Shown one piece after another: positions 1 through 9,406 of a stretch of DNA of 32,000 nt; within the stretch, counting starts at the first letter, position 1, and each line of letters begins with the position of its first letter. The notes beneath the pieces are model-generated. The model saw only the letters and a list, made by a program, of their open reading frames with translations. It made no database searches and had not been told where the DNA came from. Source of the DNA: Candidatus Brocadia sp. GTDB lineage: Bacteria; Planctomycetota; Brocadiia; Brocadiales; Brocadiaceae. The position numbers and the translations under genes were made by a program. The stretch lies in the NCBI GenBank assembly GCA_021650915.1, contig CP091279.1, positions 90,001-122,000 of the forward strand. The letters are read 5' to 3'.

Positions 1-2
1 CC

Positions 3-611
3 AACCATATCCGATGTTATTTTTGCCTGCATGATTGGTTCCTCGATCTCTTTCCTGATGTCACTAAGCACTTCATGAAACCACGTTTCAATGTACCAGT
101 GCACACCATCATTAAATGTGGTAATATCAGAGGGCAGGAAAAACTCCCCAATCTTTACAGAGACAGATTGCTGAACATTCGGCGGCATATTAGCGAAAAG
201 TTGCTGGGTATCAATTGATTGTTGTACAGGGGCAGACCGCTGGGCGTGTGTTGATTGCCCTGATGTGTTAGAAGATGAATCAGAATGAAAGACATTCCAG
301 AGATCTGACAATATTTCTCTCAGATGTTGCGGAAAACTCTTTATCTTGTTTTCAATGTTAGCCTGACTTGTCCTGATATTTTGGCCGAGGTTTATCATGC
401 GCTCAGACTGACCAGTTAGTTGATCAAACTGAAATTTCTTTTCCTCTAATGATTTTTTTAACTTTGGTTCTTGCTCTTTATATTCAAAATACGGCTCTAT
501 CACATAAAAATGGGCAATCAAGGCAAAGAGGATGCCTGCACCAAGAAGACGGTTTACCTTATTTTTACACGACCTCAAATCGTCAAAAAGCACATCAAGC
601 AATTGCGACAC
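3..611 (-). CDS. Hypothetical single-TM, coiled-coil membrane protein; runs off the left window edge
   Basis: Hand translation of the minus strand gives an open frame from a GTG at ~611 to the window edge with no stop: VSQLLDVLFDDLRSCKNKVNRLLGAGILFALIAHFYVIEPYFEYKEQEPKLKKSLEEKKFQFDQLTGQSERM... It has an N-terminal hydrophobic helix and then a heptad-like region. It is absent from the ORF track because it is incomplete. Confidence 0.6.
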   Translation of the reverse strand, partial: MSQLLDVLFDDLRSCKNKVNRLLGAGILFALIAHFYVIEPYFEYKEQEPKLKKSLEEKKFQFDQLTGQSERMINLGQNIRTSQANIENKIKSFPQHLREILSDLWNVFHSDSSSNTSGQSTHAQRSAPVQQSIDTQQLFANMPPNVQQSVSVKIGEFFLPSDITTFNDGVHWYIETWFHEVLSDIRKEIEEPIMQAKITSDMV

Positions 612-809
612 AGCCTATTCTCCGGATAAAGAAGCGTCCTCAGTTCCATAGTATCTATACTCAAGATGCTCATAAAATGTGAATTTTAAATTGATAATAA
701 GGTGGCATGGACAAACTCTGTTTGTCCGTGCTGAACTACTATAAATCACAAATTGTGAGTCTGTGGAGTATAACAAAAAACATTTTGGTATTATTGGCAA
801 AAACATGAA

Positions 810-957
810 GGCGCCCCCTTTTCTCCTCCTGGCTGGTTCAAACTTGTAGTTTGAACCATACGTTTTGCACGTTACCATACATTTTCAACCGGCGCCAATC
901 TTAGAAAACAGCAAGCGTTTCGCTTCAACCGGGGGGCGATTGAACCAGCCGGGCGCC
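810..957. repeat. Intergenic imperfect palindrome with nested hairpin
   Basis: Outer arms ggcgccc (810-816) / gggcgcc (951-957), ggctggttca (831-840) / tgaaccagcc (941-950), and an inner hairpin ggttcaaac-ttgta-gtttgaacc (835-857). Confidence 0.5.
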
Positions 958-1391
958 CTTAAATTCTATACGCCATTGCCTTGCCCTGTGGATAAGACAG
1001 CATTAATCAATCGTAGAATCAAGATATTCTAAGCAAGGCATGACCGCTTCGTCTCTTGTCGAACGGAATCTTGGTCTGACGAACAGCGAACAGCGACCAG
1101 GTAGCCGACAGGGGAGAGCGAAGGTTGTGACAATCAAGGCTGATAATGAGTTAAGGGTTGAGTTGTCCATTCATTATTAGTCGTACGAACAGCCGCCATA
1201 TTTTATGGCCATTTGTACACAATAATACGTTTATAGGTAACGTATTTTGTGACTATTTTGACATATAATAAAGTTCACAAAAACCTTGTTAAAAGTATAC
1301 CGTACTTAGCGAAATATACCAATCTATTTTATTTGCTCGTGACAATGTAGTTTCTGGAAAATCCCCATAAAGGTGATGTTTGCTATACAGT

Positions 1392-1463
1392 GTAGGGGCG
1401 AAGCATTTGCTGTAATTGGCATAAACACTTCTATGCCCAAACGGGCGAATGCTTCGCCCCTGC
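1392..1463. repeat. ~72-bp intergenic repeat, copy 1 of the GTAGGGGCGAAGCATTTGC family
   Basis: gtaggggcgaagcatttgc ... gcgaatgcttcgcccctgc terminal inverted repeats; same family as 12774-12848. Confidence 0.65.
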
Positions 1464-1655
1464 TTCAAACAAATCTTTTAAACGAAAAAAAGCAATTCAT
1501 TATTCATATCTGAATTCTTGCTTTTCCCTGTACTATTGCATTAAAATGAAAGAGAATTTGCATTCTTATTGAAAACCAAATACTTTTAATTCCACAAATA
1601 TTCTCCTCCCGGGAGGGGATTGTCTGCCTGTTTTTTTTAGCGCCATTTGACCTCC

Positions 1656-4600
1656 ATGAAAGATTTTCTCCGGCTTCTACAGGAACATAAACAATATAAG
1701 GAAATTACCAGAAATCTCCGGGCAGGAAAGGACTGTGTTGTGAACGGCTTATGGGGATCGTCTGCAATGTTTCTTGCCGCGGCGCTGGCGAACGAACGTT
1801 TAAAGAAGGACAAGGCGGCGCCACATCTGCTTTTGGTGGTATCCCATATTGAAGAGGCCGAAAATGATTTTGAAGACCTGAATACCTTTCTGCCACGCCA
1901 TACAAGCCTTTTCCCGGCGATTGAAGATATGTATGGCGCCGATTTTGCCGATAATGCCGATATCCAGACGCAAAGGATCCAGGTGCTCAACCAGATTCTT
2001 CACCACGACGTCTACACCGGGAACCGGTCGGATATTATTGTGGCGCCGATTCTGGGGCTTTTGCAGGCCGTACCGTCCCGGAAAACTATTTCTGAGCATA
2101 TCCTGAAAATTCAGAGAAATCATGAACATCCCCAGGAAGAGCTTATCGCATGGCTGCAGGACCATCATTATCAGGTATCGACTCAGGTTGAAAATGCCGG
2201 AGAATATGCGTTGCGCGGTGGCATTATTGATGTTTTTCCGTTCGCCTCAGACACCCCGTACCGTATCGAGTATTTTGGGGATGAAGTGGAGTCCATACGA
2301 AGATTTCACGTTGAGTCCCAGCTTTCCGAACAAGACTTAGATGCGTGTCAGATCCTTGCTCTTGATAAGATGTATACTGCAAACGCCCTTCCGGAAGAAT
2401 CACGGCAAACGTCACTCCTGACCTATCTGAGCAAAGATACCTGGGTTGTCCTTGTCGAACCTGCACACATTGAAGATCGGGCAAGGAAGGTATTGGCCAG
2501 TATTGATGCCGAAGATGGTGCGACAGACTTGAGGAAAGAGCGCACGGACAAACGCGTTTGTCCATACCACCCGTTTGATGAGGTCTTCAGTCAGTTGCGT
2601 TCCTTCAGAAAAATTACCGTATCGAAATTGCCGGTGTCCTCAAACGATGGTGATTATACCTTTCATGTTAAATCGGCAGATATTTTTCCCCAAAAAATTC
2701 AGGAGATAACCGCGGAGCTGGGCAAGGTCATTGACGCCAATACCCACACGGTTGTCTTTTGCGATAACGAGGCCGAGGAGCAGCGGTTTCAGGAGATTAT
2801 TGCTGAGGCAGGACTAAAAAAGAACCAACGTCTGTCGTTGTGCATCGGGCGTCTCCACTGCGGGTTTCAATTCTCTGATATTCACATTGCAATTCTTGCG
2901 CACCATGAAATCTTTCATCGGTACCAGCAGCGTCGTGAGTCAAAAAAGCCCATACAAACCAGGGCGATAGATTCCTTTCTGGATCTGAAAAAAGGGGATT
3001 ATGTGGTGCACATAAGCCATGGCATCGGGCGTTATCTGGGGATGGATACCCTCGAAGAGGGGGGACAGAAAAGGGAGTATCTCACGCTGGAGTTTGATGA
3101 GGGTACGAAGATATACGTGCCTGCAACGAAGATCGAGCTGGTGCAAAAGTATATTGGTAGTTCTGATCACCGACCCAGGCTCGATAAAATCGGTTCAAAG
3201 TATTGGGAGGTCAGGAAAAGACGGGCAGAGCATGCCGTCAGGGACGTTGCCAGTGATCTGCTGCATATTCAGGCATTGCGGAACGCAAAGGAAGGTATTG
3301 CGTACCAGGATGACTCGGAATGGCAGAGGGAATTTGAGGAGTCGTTTCTCTACGAAGAGACTCCGGATCAGCTTCAGGTGATAGAAGAGATAAAGCGTGA
3401 TATGGAGTCGAAGAGGCCTATGGACCGGCTTGTCTGCGGTGACGTTGGATATGGCAAAACCGAGCTTGCCATGCGGGCGGCCTTCAAGGCGGTTATGGGT
3501 GGCAAACAGGTGGCCGTCCTGGTGCCCACGACGATCCTCGCCCAGCAGCACTATGCCACCTTCTCGGAACGCATGGCTGATTATCCGGTAAAGCTGGGGG
3601 TGTTAAGCAGGTTTAAGACGCGCCGGGAGCAGAAGGACACCCTGGAGAAAGCGGCCGCCGGTTTTCTTGACATCCTCATTGGCACCCACCGGCTCTTACA
3701 GAAGGACGTCTATTTTAAAGACCTTGGACTGGTTATTATTGATGAAGAGCAGCGATTTGGGGTTGAACACAAGGAGCGGCTCAAGAGATTGCGGCAGACG
3801 GTCGATGTGCTCACCCTGACCGCCACGCCGATTCCCAGGACCCTTCACATGTCGCTTCTGGGGATTAAAGACATCTCGTCCCTGAATACGCCGCCATTAG
3901 GCAGGCAGGCTATTCACACGCAAATTGTGCGATTTAACCCGGAACGCATCCGGCAGGCGATTATGCTGGAGCTCAATCGTGACGGACAGGTATATTTTGT
4001 TCATAATCGTGTGTACAACATCGAGCGAGTTGCCAGAACCTTAGCGGAGATCGTGCCTGAGGCAAGGATCATGACGGTGCACGGCCAGATGGACGAAAAA
4101 CTCATGGAACAACGGATGCGGGATTTTATTGACGGCCGCGCCGATATCCTGGTGGCCACGACGATCATTGAGTCGGGGCTGGACATCCCCAACGTCAACA
4201 CGATCTTCATCAATTGCGCCGACACCTTTGGCCTTGCGGATCTGCATCAGTTGCGGGGGAGGGTGGGGCGGTACAAACACCGCGCCTATGCCTATATCAT
4301 CCTGCCCGTTGACCGGCCTATTACCCCGGAGGCGGAAAAGCGGGTAAAGGCCATTGAGGAGTTTGCCGAATTGGGCGCAGGATTCCGGATTGCCATGCGC
4401 GACCTGGAAATCCGCGGCGCCGGGAATATCCTGGGGACAGAGCAGCACGGCCATATTGCTGCGGTGGGGTACGAGATGTATTGCCGGTTGTTAGAACTGG
4501 CCGTGAGAAAGGCAAGGCATGAACCCATCCCTGAGCCCATCGATGTTTCCATCGATCTCCATCTGGAATCCTTCATTCCTCACACGTACATCCGGGAGGA

Positions 4601-4958
4601 TGCTTTAAAAATGGATATCTACCGCAGATTGAATCGCTCTGCTACCTTTCAGGAAGTGAGAACGATTGCTAAAGAGATGGCAGACCGTTTTGGCGATATT
4701 CCGCATCCGGTAAAGAATCTCCTTTCTGAGAGTGAGCTAAGAATTCTTGCTCAGCAATCGAAGATCCGCTCTATGGTCAAGGTTGATGGCGTTTTAGTCA
4801 TTCACGTTGCCAATTTGAAAAGAGCGGAGGCGAGTCTCTGTAAACTGAAAAAATACCTGCGGGTTATCAACGACAGCACCTTGCACCTGGGGCTCCCCGC
4901 AAAAAAGATGTTGCCGGAGGATTTACTAGACTTTCTAAAAAAATCAATTAAAATTTAA
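1656..4958 (+). CDS. mfd: Transcription-repair coupling factor Mfd
   Basis: ~1100 aa. UvrB-like N-terminus, CarD/RID-like segment (KKGDYVVHISHGIGRYLGM), superfamily 2 helicase motifs (GDVGYGKTELAMRAAFKA, DEEQRFGVEHKERLK, TATPIPRTLHMSL, RGRVGRYKHRAYAY). Start at ATG 1656, or upstream TTG 1647 as in the ORF track. Confidence 0.97.
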   Translation: MKDFLRLLQEHKQYKEITRNLRAGKDCVVNGLWGSSAMFLAAALANERLKKDKAAPHLLLVVSHIEEAENDFEDLNTFLPRHTSLFPAIEDMYGADFADNADIQTQRIQVLNQILHHDVYTGNRSDIIVAPILGLLQAVPSRKTISEHILKIQRNHEHPQEELIAWLQDHHYQVSTQVENAGEYALRGGIIDVFPFASDTPYRIEYFGDEVESIRRFHVESQLSEQDLDACQILALDKMYTANALPEESRQTSLLTYLSKDTWVVLVEPAHIEDRARKVLASIDAEDGATDLRKERTDKRVCPYHPFDEVFSQLRSFRKITVSKLPVSSNDGDYTFHVKSADIFPQKIQEITAELGKVIDANTHTVVFCDNEAEEQRFQEIIAEAGLKKNQRLSLCIGRLHCGFQFSDIHIAILAHHEIFHRYQQRRESKKPIQTRAIDSFLDLKKGDYVVHISHGIGRYLGMDTLEEGGQKREYLTLEFDEGTKIYVPATKIELVQKYIGSSDHRPRLDKIGSKYWEVRKRRAEHAVRDVASDLLHIQALRNAKEGIAYQDDSEWQREFEESFLYEETPDQLQVIEEIKRDMESKRPMDRLVCGDVGYGKTELAMRAAFKAVMGGKQVAVLVPTTILAQQHYATFSERMADYPVKLGVLSRFKTRREQKDTLEKAAAGFLDILIGTHRLLQKDVYFKDLGLVIIDEEQRFGVEHKERLKRLRQTVDVLTLTATPIPRTLHMSLLGIKDISSLNTPPLGRQAIHTQIVRFNPERIRQAIMLELNRDGQVYFVHNRVYNIERVARTLAEIVPEARIMTVHGQMDEKLMEQRMRDFIDGRADILVATTIIESGLDIPNVNTIFINCADTFGLADLHQLRGRVGRYKHRAYAYIILPVDRPITPEAEKRVKAIEEFAELGAGFRIAMRDLEIRGAGNILGTEQHGHIAAVGYEMYCRLLELAVRKARHEPIPEPIDVSIDLHLESFIPHTYIREDALKMDIYRRLNRSATFQEVRTIAKEMADRFGDIPHPVKNLLSESELRILAQQSKIRSMVKVDGVLVIHVANLKRAEASLCKLKKYLRVINDSTLHLGLPAKKMLPEDLLDFLKKSIKI

Positions 4959-5003
4959 ATAACCTTGTAAAACAAATTCCAGGAATCTTTTCATACGAGG
5001 ATC

Positions 5004-6011
5004 GTGATATTGAAAGTGTTTAATCGGTTTTATGTATGGTTTTTGCCGGTCTTCTTCACTGCTTATGCCGTTTCCTATGGGTCGACGAGCGATTTGCGCG
5101 AAGAAAGTATCAATTCCATCAAGGCCATTGTGGGTGACGAGATCATTACTCAGGGGGACGTCGTCAAACGCGCCGCCGTGGCTCTCAGGGAGGCGCAGGA
5201 AAGATACCAGGAAAAGGAGTTTTTTGAAAAGGCGGATGAAATACTGAAGGAAACCCTGGACGAATTGATTAACCGAAAGGTGCTGATTAAAGAAGCGCAG
5301 AAGCTGTTTGGCACGGACGAGATGCAGATGAAGGAGGTAGAAAAGGACCTGGATTCGTTCATGAAGGGGGCGGTAAAGAACGTTGGGTCTTTATCAAAGT
5401 ATTATGAGATTGCCGAAGCGCAGGGAATTAATCCCCTTGAAAAGAAAAATGAACTCAAGGAAGACATTATGATAGACAAGATTATGAAGGAGAACGTCTA
5501 CAACAAGGTGAAAGTTCAGCCGAAATTACTGAGGCGTTATTATGTGGAGAACGTTGATGAATTCCGGCAAAAAAAAGAGGTGAGTCTGAGACAGATCATG
5601 ATAAAGTTTTCTGCGCATGATAATGACAGGGAAAAGACGCTTTCCCTTGCGCAGCAGATACGGAAACGCCTTGAAAAGGGTGAGGATTTTGCGACCCTGG
5701 CGAAACAGTATTCAGAAGGGCCCAATGCGGAGAACGGCGGCCTGTTAAGCTTTGAGGAAGTTAATGAAATGAGAAAAGACCTCCGGGATGCCGTTTATCA
5801 GTTAAAAGACAACGAACGGAGTGGCATTATTGCGTCACCGGTCGGGTATCACATCTTTAAAATGGAGCTGATCAAGCCGGAAAAAGTTCAGGAATTTGAG
5901 GAAGTGCAGGAGGATATCTACAAGAAAATTTATCGTGAAGAAATTAGCCGGTTAAAAAATCAGTATTTAAATAGCCTGAAGTCGGGTATGTTTGTTAAGG
6001 TGTTTCGTTGA
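5004..6011 (+). CDS. SurA/PpiC-type peptidyl-prolyl cis-trans isomerase (parvulin), exported
   Basis: Signal-like N-terminus, SurA-N-like region, then rotamase signature (VSLRQIMIKF... GEDFATLAKQYSEGPNAENGGLLSF... ASPVGYHIFKM). Confidence 0.88.
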   Translation: MILKVFNRFYVWFLPVFFTAYAVSYGSTSDLREESINSIKAIVGDEIITQGDVVKRAAVALREAQERYQEKEFFEKADEILKETLDELINRKVLIKEAQKLFGTDEMQMKEVEKDLDSFMKGAVKNVGSLSKYYEIAEAQGINPLEKKNELKEDIMIDKIMKENVYNKVKVQPKLLRRYYVENVDEFRQKKEVSLRQIMIKFSAHDNDREKTLSLAQQIRKRLEKGEDFATLAKQYSEGPNAENGGLLSFEEVNEMRKDLRDAVYQLKDNERSGIIASPVGYHIFKMELIKPEKVQEFEEVQEDIYKKIYREEISRLKNQYLNSLKSGMFVKVFR

Positions 6012-6135
6012 TGCGGATTTCAGGGTAACAAGGACAAGCCCAGCTTGTCTGTCGTTCTGCAAGGGCGCTTAGTGTTTATCCCTACCAATGGTACCCTCGT
6101 GTTGCATAGCGGCATTTCAAAATGAATAATTCATA

Positions 6136-6349
6136 GCGCAGCACAGCCGCAACCAAATTTCCTTTATGAAAGCGGGAGATTGCTTCGGAAAAGGCCCCTC
6201 GCAATGACAGCGACCATGCACTTTGATGGTACACTGCACGTTGTCATTGCGAGTGAAGCGAAGCAATCTTTCACTCATAAAAAACGGTACCTCTTGAAAG
6301 TGGTTTGTGAAAAAACTTACAAAAAAAGAAGTTTTTATACAGTAATACT
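6136..6349 (-). mobile_element. ~215-bp non-autonomous mobile repeat, copy A (flanked by ATA/ATA)
   Basis: Reverse complement of 7321-7535: gcgc(a/g)gcacagccgcaaccaaatttcctttatgaaagcgggagattgcttcgg ... gaagtttttatacagtaatact. Directly flanked by ATA at 6133-6135 and 6350-6352. Confidence 0.75.
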
Positions 6350-6443
6350 ATAAACAATATTGTGCAAGTTCAACATGGACAAACGGAGATTGTCCGCGCC
6401 ACCTGGGTTCTTGCATTTGTAAGGGTTTAATCCGGAAGGAAAG

Positions 6444-6761
6444 ATGAGTTGGATTGCGCTTATCATAGCGGGTGTCTTTGAAGTTGTTTGGGCTATCGGG
6501 CTGAAATATTCCCATGGTTTCACACGGTTATTGCCGTCAGCGGTTACCGCCTTTGCTATGATTGTGAGTTTTGTGCTTCTGGGGGTGGCAGCCAAAAGCC
6601 TGCCAATTGGTACTGCGTATGCCATATGGACGGGTATTGGTACCGTTGGAACGGCGATAGCAGGCATATACCTGTTTCATGAGTCTCGTGACTGGGGACG
6701 TGTCTGTTGCATTCTGGTTATTCTGGCCGGTGTGGCTGGTCTCAAAATTCTGAGCAGGTGA
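6444..6761 (+). CDS. Small multidrug resistance family protein, SugE/Gdx (guanidinium exporter) type
   Basis: 105 aa, four TM helices, [32 protein letters not shown] ... [29 protein letters not shown], typical of the Gdx/SugE branch. RBS ggaagga upstream. Confidence 0.92.
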   Translation: MSWIALIIAGVFEVVWAIGLKYSHGFTRLLPSAVTAFAMIVSFVLLGVAAKSLPIGTAYAIWTGIGTVGTAIAGIYLFHESRDWGRVCCILVILAGVAGLKILSR

Positions 6762-6990
6762 TGAGTCGTTGGTGTTTGCCGCCGATGCCAGTTAGATTCG
6801 TTTACCAGAGGCAGCTCCTCATGTAGTCGAGGGGTCTTAGCCCGACTTTCGCAATTCGCGCCCAAAAAAGTTTATTTTTGGGCAAGAGTCGCCAGGAAAC
6901 CCGTGATATTCAAGGGGTGAATTTTCAAAACGGCTTGTAGTGCCGACCTACCCTCTTGACGCATGCAGGAGGAAGTGCGAAAATGCTCGC

Positions 6991-8992
6991 ATGTTTCTCC
7001 GGGAAAAGACACGAACGAAGGATGGGAAAACCCACCGGTATTGGAGTGTGGTAGAGAACCGCCGGGTTACCGGAAGAAGGGTGGTGCAGCGGCAGGTTCT
7101 CTCTTTGGGAGAACTCAATGACAATCAACGGGCTGGGTGGATTCGGACGATAGAGGCGGTGTCGGGTAAAGAACCCAGGCCAAGACAACTGGCGTTGTTT
7201 CCCCGGACGACCGAGAAGCCAGGCCGATACCGGATGGTGAGACAGTCCGGATGAGATTGGACAAAATAGAGCTGCGCCATCCGCGGGAGTGGGGAGCGAG
7301 CTGGTTGGGATTGTATGTATAGTATTACTGTATAAAAACTTCTTTTTTCTGTGAGTTTTTTCACAAACCCCTTTCAGGAGGTACCGTTTTTTATGAGTGA
7401 AAGATTGCTTCGCTTCACTCGCAATGACAACATGCAGTGTACCATCAAAGTGCATGGCCGGTGTCATTGCGAGGGCCTTTTCCGAAGCAATCTCCCCGCT
7501 TTCATAAAGGAAATTTGGTTGCGGCTGTGCCGCGCTATGGAATATGCTGGAACTGGACACATTCTGGAGGATGCGTCTGCCGTCAAGCCGGAAGGGGACA
7601 AGCTGGTTGAATATACTGAAGGCGCTTGTCTGTTACCGGTTGATCGATCCGGGAAGCGAATTTCGTTTTCACCGTGAGTGGTACGTGCGGAGCGCAACAG
7701 GCGATCTGCTGGGAGAGGATTATTCCCTGGCGCAGAAGGACAAGGCGTATCGTTGTTTGGATTTGTTGCTTGAGCATCGGGACGAGCTGTTTGCCTATTT
7801 AAAGGAGAAGTGGGGCAAGCTCTTTGGGCGAAGTACGATGTGCTGCTGTATGATTTGACGAGTACGTATTTTGAAAAGTGACCCACCTCCGACTGGATCG
7901 GGGAGTAAGAAACGGTTTGGATATAGTCGGGACAAACGTTCGGATTGCGTGCAGGTGGTAGTGGCATTGGTGTTAACGCCGGAAGGATTTCCCGTTGCCT
8001 ACGAAGTGTATCCGGGCAATACCAGAGACACCGCAACGCTGGAGGAATTTCTGGATCGGATTGAAAAGCAGTATGGGAAATTCCGGCGCACCTGGCTCAT
8101 GGATAGAGGTATTCCAACGGAGGAGATGTTGGAAAAGATGCGTGAGCGAGGGATTGATTATTTGGTTGGTACTCCGAAGGGGCATTTGACGAGAGTAGAA
8201 AAACCGCTGCTCGAACAAACCTGGATGCGGGCGAGGGGAGAGCGTCCGCGTGAAAGTTCTTCGGCAGGAATCGGAGTTTTACGTTTACGTGGAAAGCCAT
8301 GACCGGGTGTCTAAGGAGCGTGCCATGCGTAGGCGCAGACTCAGACGTTTGTGGATGGGCCTGCGCGAACTTCGCAATCGAAAAGCCCTCACGCGCGATG
8401 ACCTGCTCATGCATATTGGCGCGTTAAAGAAAGAAGCCGGACGAGACTACAGACTGGTCACGATCTCCATTCCCAAACCGCAGGAACCGGTCAATGAGAA
8501 TACGTTCCGGTTCAGTTTGGATCGGGAACGCCTGAGGCAGGCGTATCGGCGCGAGGGGGCGTTATTTGCTTCGTTCCAACATGCAGGCCGCCGCGCCAGA
8601 AACCGTCTGGGAAAATTATTTGCTGTTGACGCGGATAGAACAGGCATTTAAGGACTTGAAGGGGTCTCTTTCCGTCCGCCCCCTATGGCATCAATTGGAA
8701 CGGAGAATTGAAGCCCATATCTTTGTTTCCTTTTTGGCTTTTTGTCTCCACACGACACTGCGCAATCTTGCGCGGGGGAGGGCCGGAGGGCTGACGTCTG
8801 AAGCGATTTTGGAAAAACTGTCGGGCATTCAAATGATAGACGTTCATTTACCGACCACGGATGGCCGTCATATTGTCATGAGTCGTTATACCCAGCCGGA
8901 GAAGGACGTTTTACTCCTTTTGGCACAATTGGGATTAACGCTTCCTGAACAACCGCCGCCCAAGGTTTACGCATCCGGACAGGTCGGCCTGT
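6991..8992 (+). pseudogene. IS1634-like transposase pseudogene
   Basis: Fragments 6940-7254, 7544-7858, 7871-8302, 8250-8651 and 8566-8994 together match the intact 28839-30620 ORF. Frameshifts relative to the intact copy include +cc near 7200, -g near 7828, +a near 7875, and extra g near 8237 and 8565. Confidence 0.9.
7321..7535 (+). mobile_element. ~215-bp non-autonomous mobile repeat, copy B (flanked by TAT/TAT), inserted in the transposase
   Basis: The intact IS copy reads ggattgtatgtatggaatatgctgg. Here the sequence is ggattgtatgTAT[agtattactg...gccgcgc]TATggaatatgctgg, which defines both insertion boundaries. Confidence 0.88.
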
Positions 8993-9330
8993 AGTGCCGA
9001 CCTTTTTACATGACCCCTTGATTTTACTGGCTTAGCGGGTTGTATACCCCTCGAATTGCGAAAGTCGGGTTAGGATCGCAGCGAATGGGGATGTCTATTC
9101 TTGCTATCAATATGATACCGTTGGCAATATACTTCACAACAAGCTCGACGAAATTCTATCATCCAGGAGAACGTATGATACCGTTACCAACATGTATCAT
9201 TTGAAATGCTCTACCTGCCAGGTTAACTGGCAGGCTTCTAAGGTCTTCTCATCGCCATGGGGAAATATTGGGTACATCTATAAGAGGATCAGCACACGGG
9301 CAGGCATCGCGCGCCCTTAACCAAACAAAA

Positions 9331-9364
9331 AAGCCCATGATAATGAATATCATGGGCTTTTTTT
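9331..9364 (-). terminator. Rho-independent terminator, potentially bidirectional, downstream of the octahaem cytochrome gene
   Basis: aagcccatgata-atgaa-tatcatgggctt: perfect 12-bp stem, A-rich on the left and T-tract on the right. Confidence 0.8.
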
Positions 9365-9406
9365 ATGAATCGAGCTCAACGTATTTACTACCGTGCGGCT
9401 CAGCTG

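Larger units (their letters stand above)
6841..9069 (+). mobile_element. Degraded IS1634-like insertion sequence, copy 1, interrupted by the 215-bp repeat
   Basis: Terminal inverted repeats CCCGACTTTCGCAATTCG ... CGAATTGCGAAAGTCGGG, flanked by TTAG (6837-6840) and TTAG (9070-9073). Near-identical to 28689-30695 apart from indels and the insertion at 7321-7535. Confidence 0.88.

Noticed and set aside
1637-4576. Numerous 60-140 aa antisense and alternate-frame ORFs within mfd
   Set aside because: The plus-strand Mfd frame explains the whole region. The overlapping ORFs have compositional bias typical of shadow ORFs and no recognisable motifs.
6330-6443. Possible guanidine riboswitch upstream of the SMR gene
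   Set aside because: Only one hairpin with an ACGG-containing loop was seen, and the paired ACGR tetraloops of guanidine-II or the guanidine-I/III core could not be identified by eye. Retained only as a weak finding about the leader.
6136-7535. The inverted 215-bp repeats as ends of a composite transposon carrying gdx
   Set aside because: Each copy has its own short flanking duplication (ATA or TAT), and the second copy sits inside an IS with its own target duplication, so independent insertions explain the layout better.
7351-7677. 108-aa ORF (MSFFTNPFQEVPFFMSERLLRFTRNDNMQC...)
   Set aside because: It is a chimera running from the 215-bp repeat into out-of-frame transposase pseudogene sequence.
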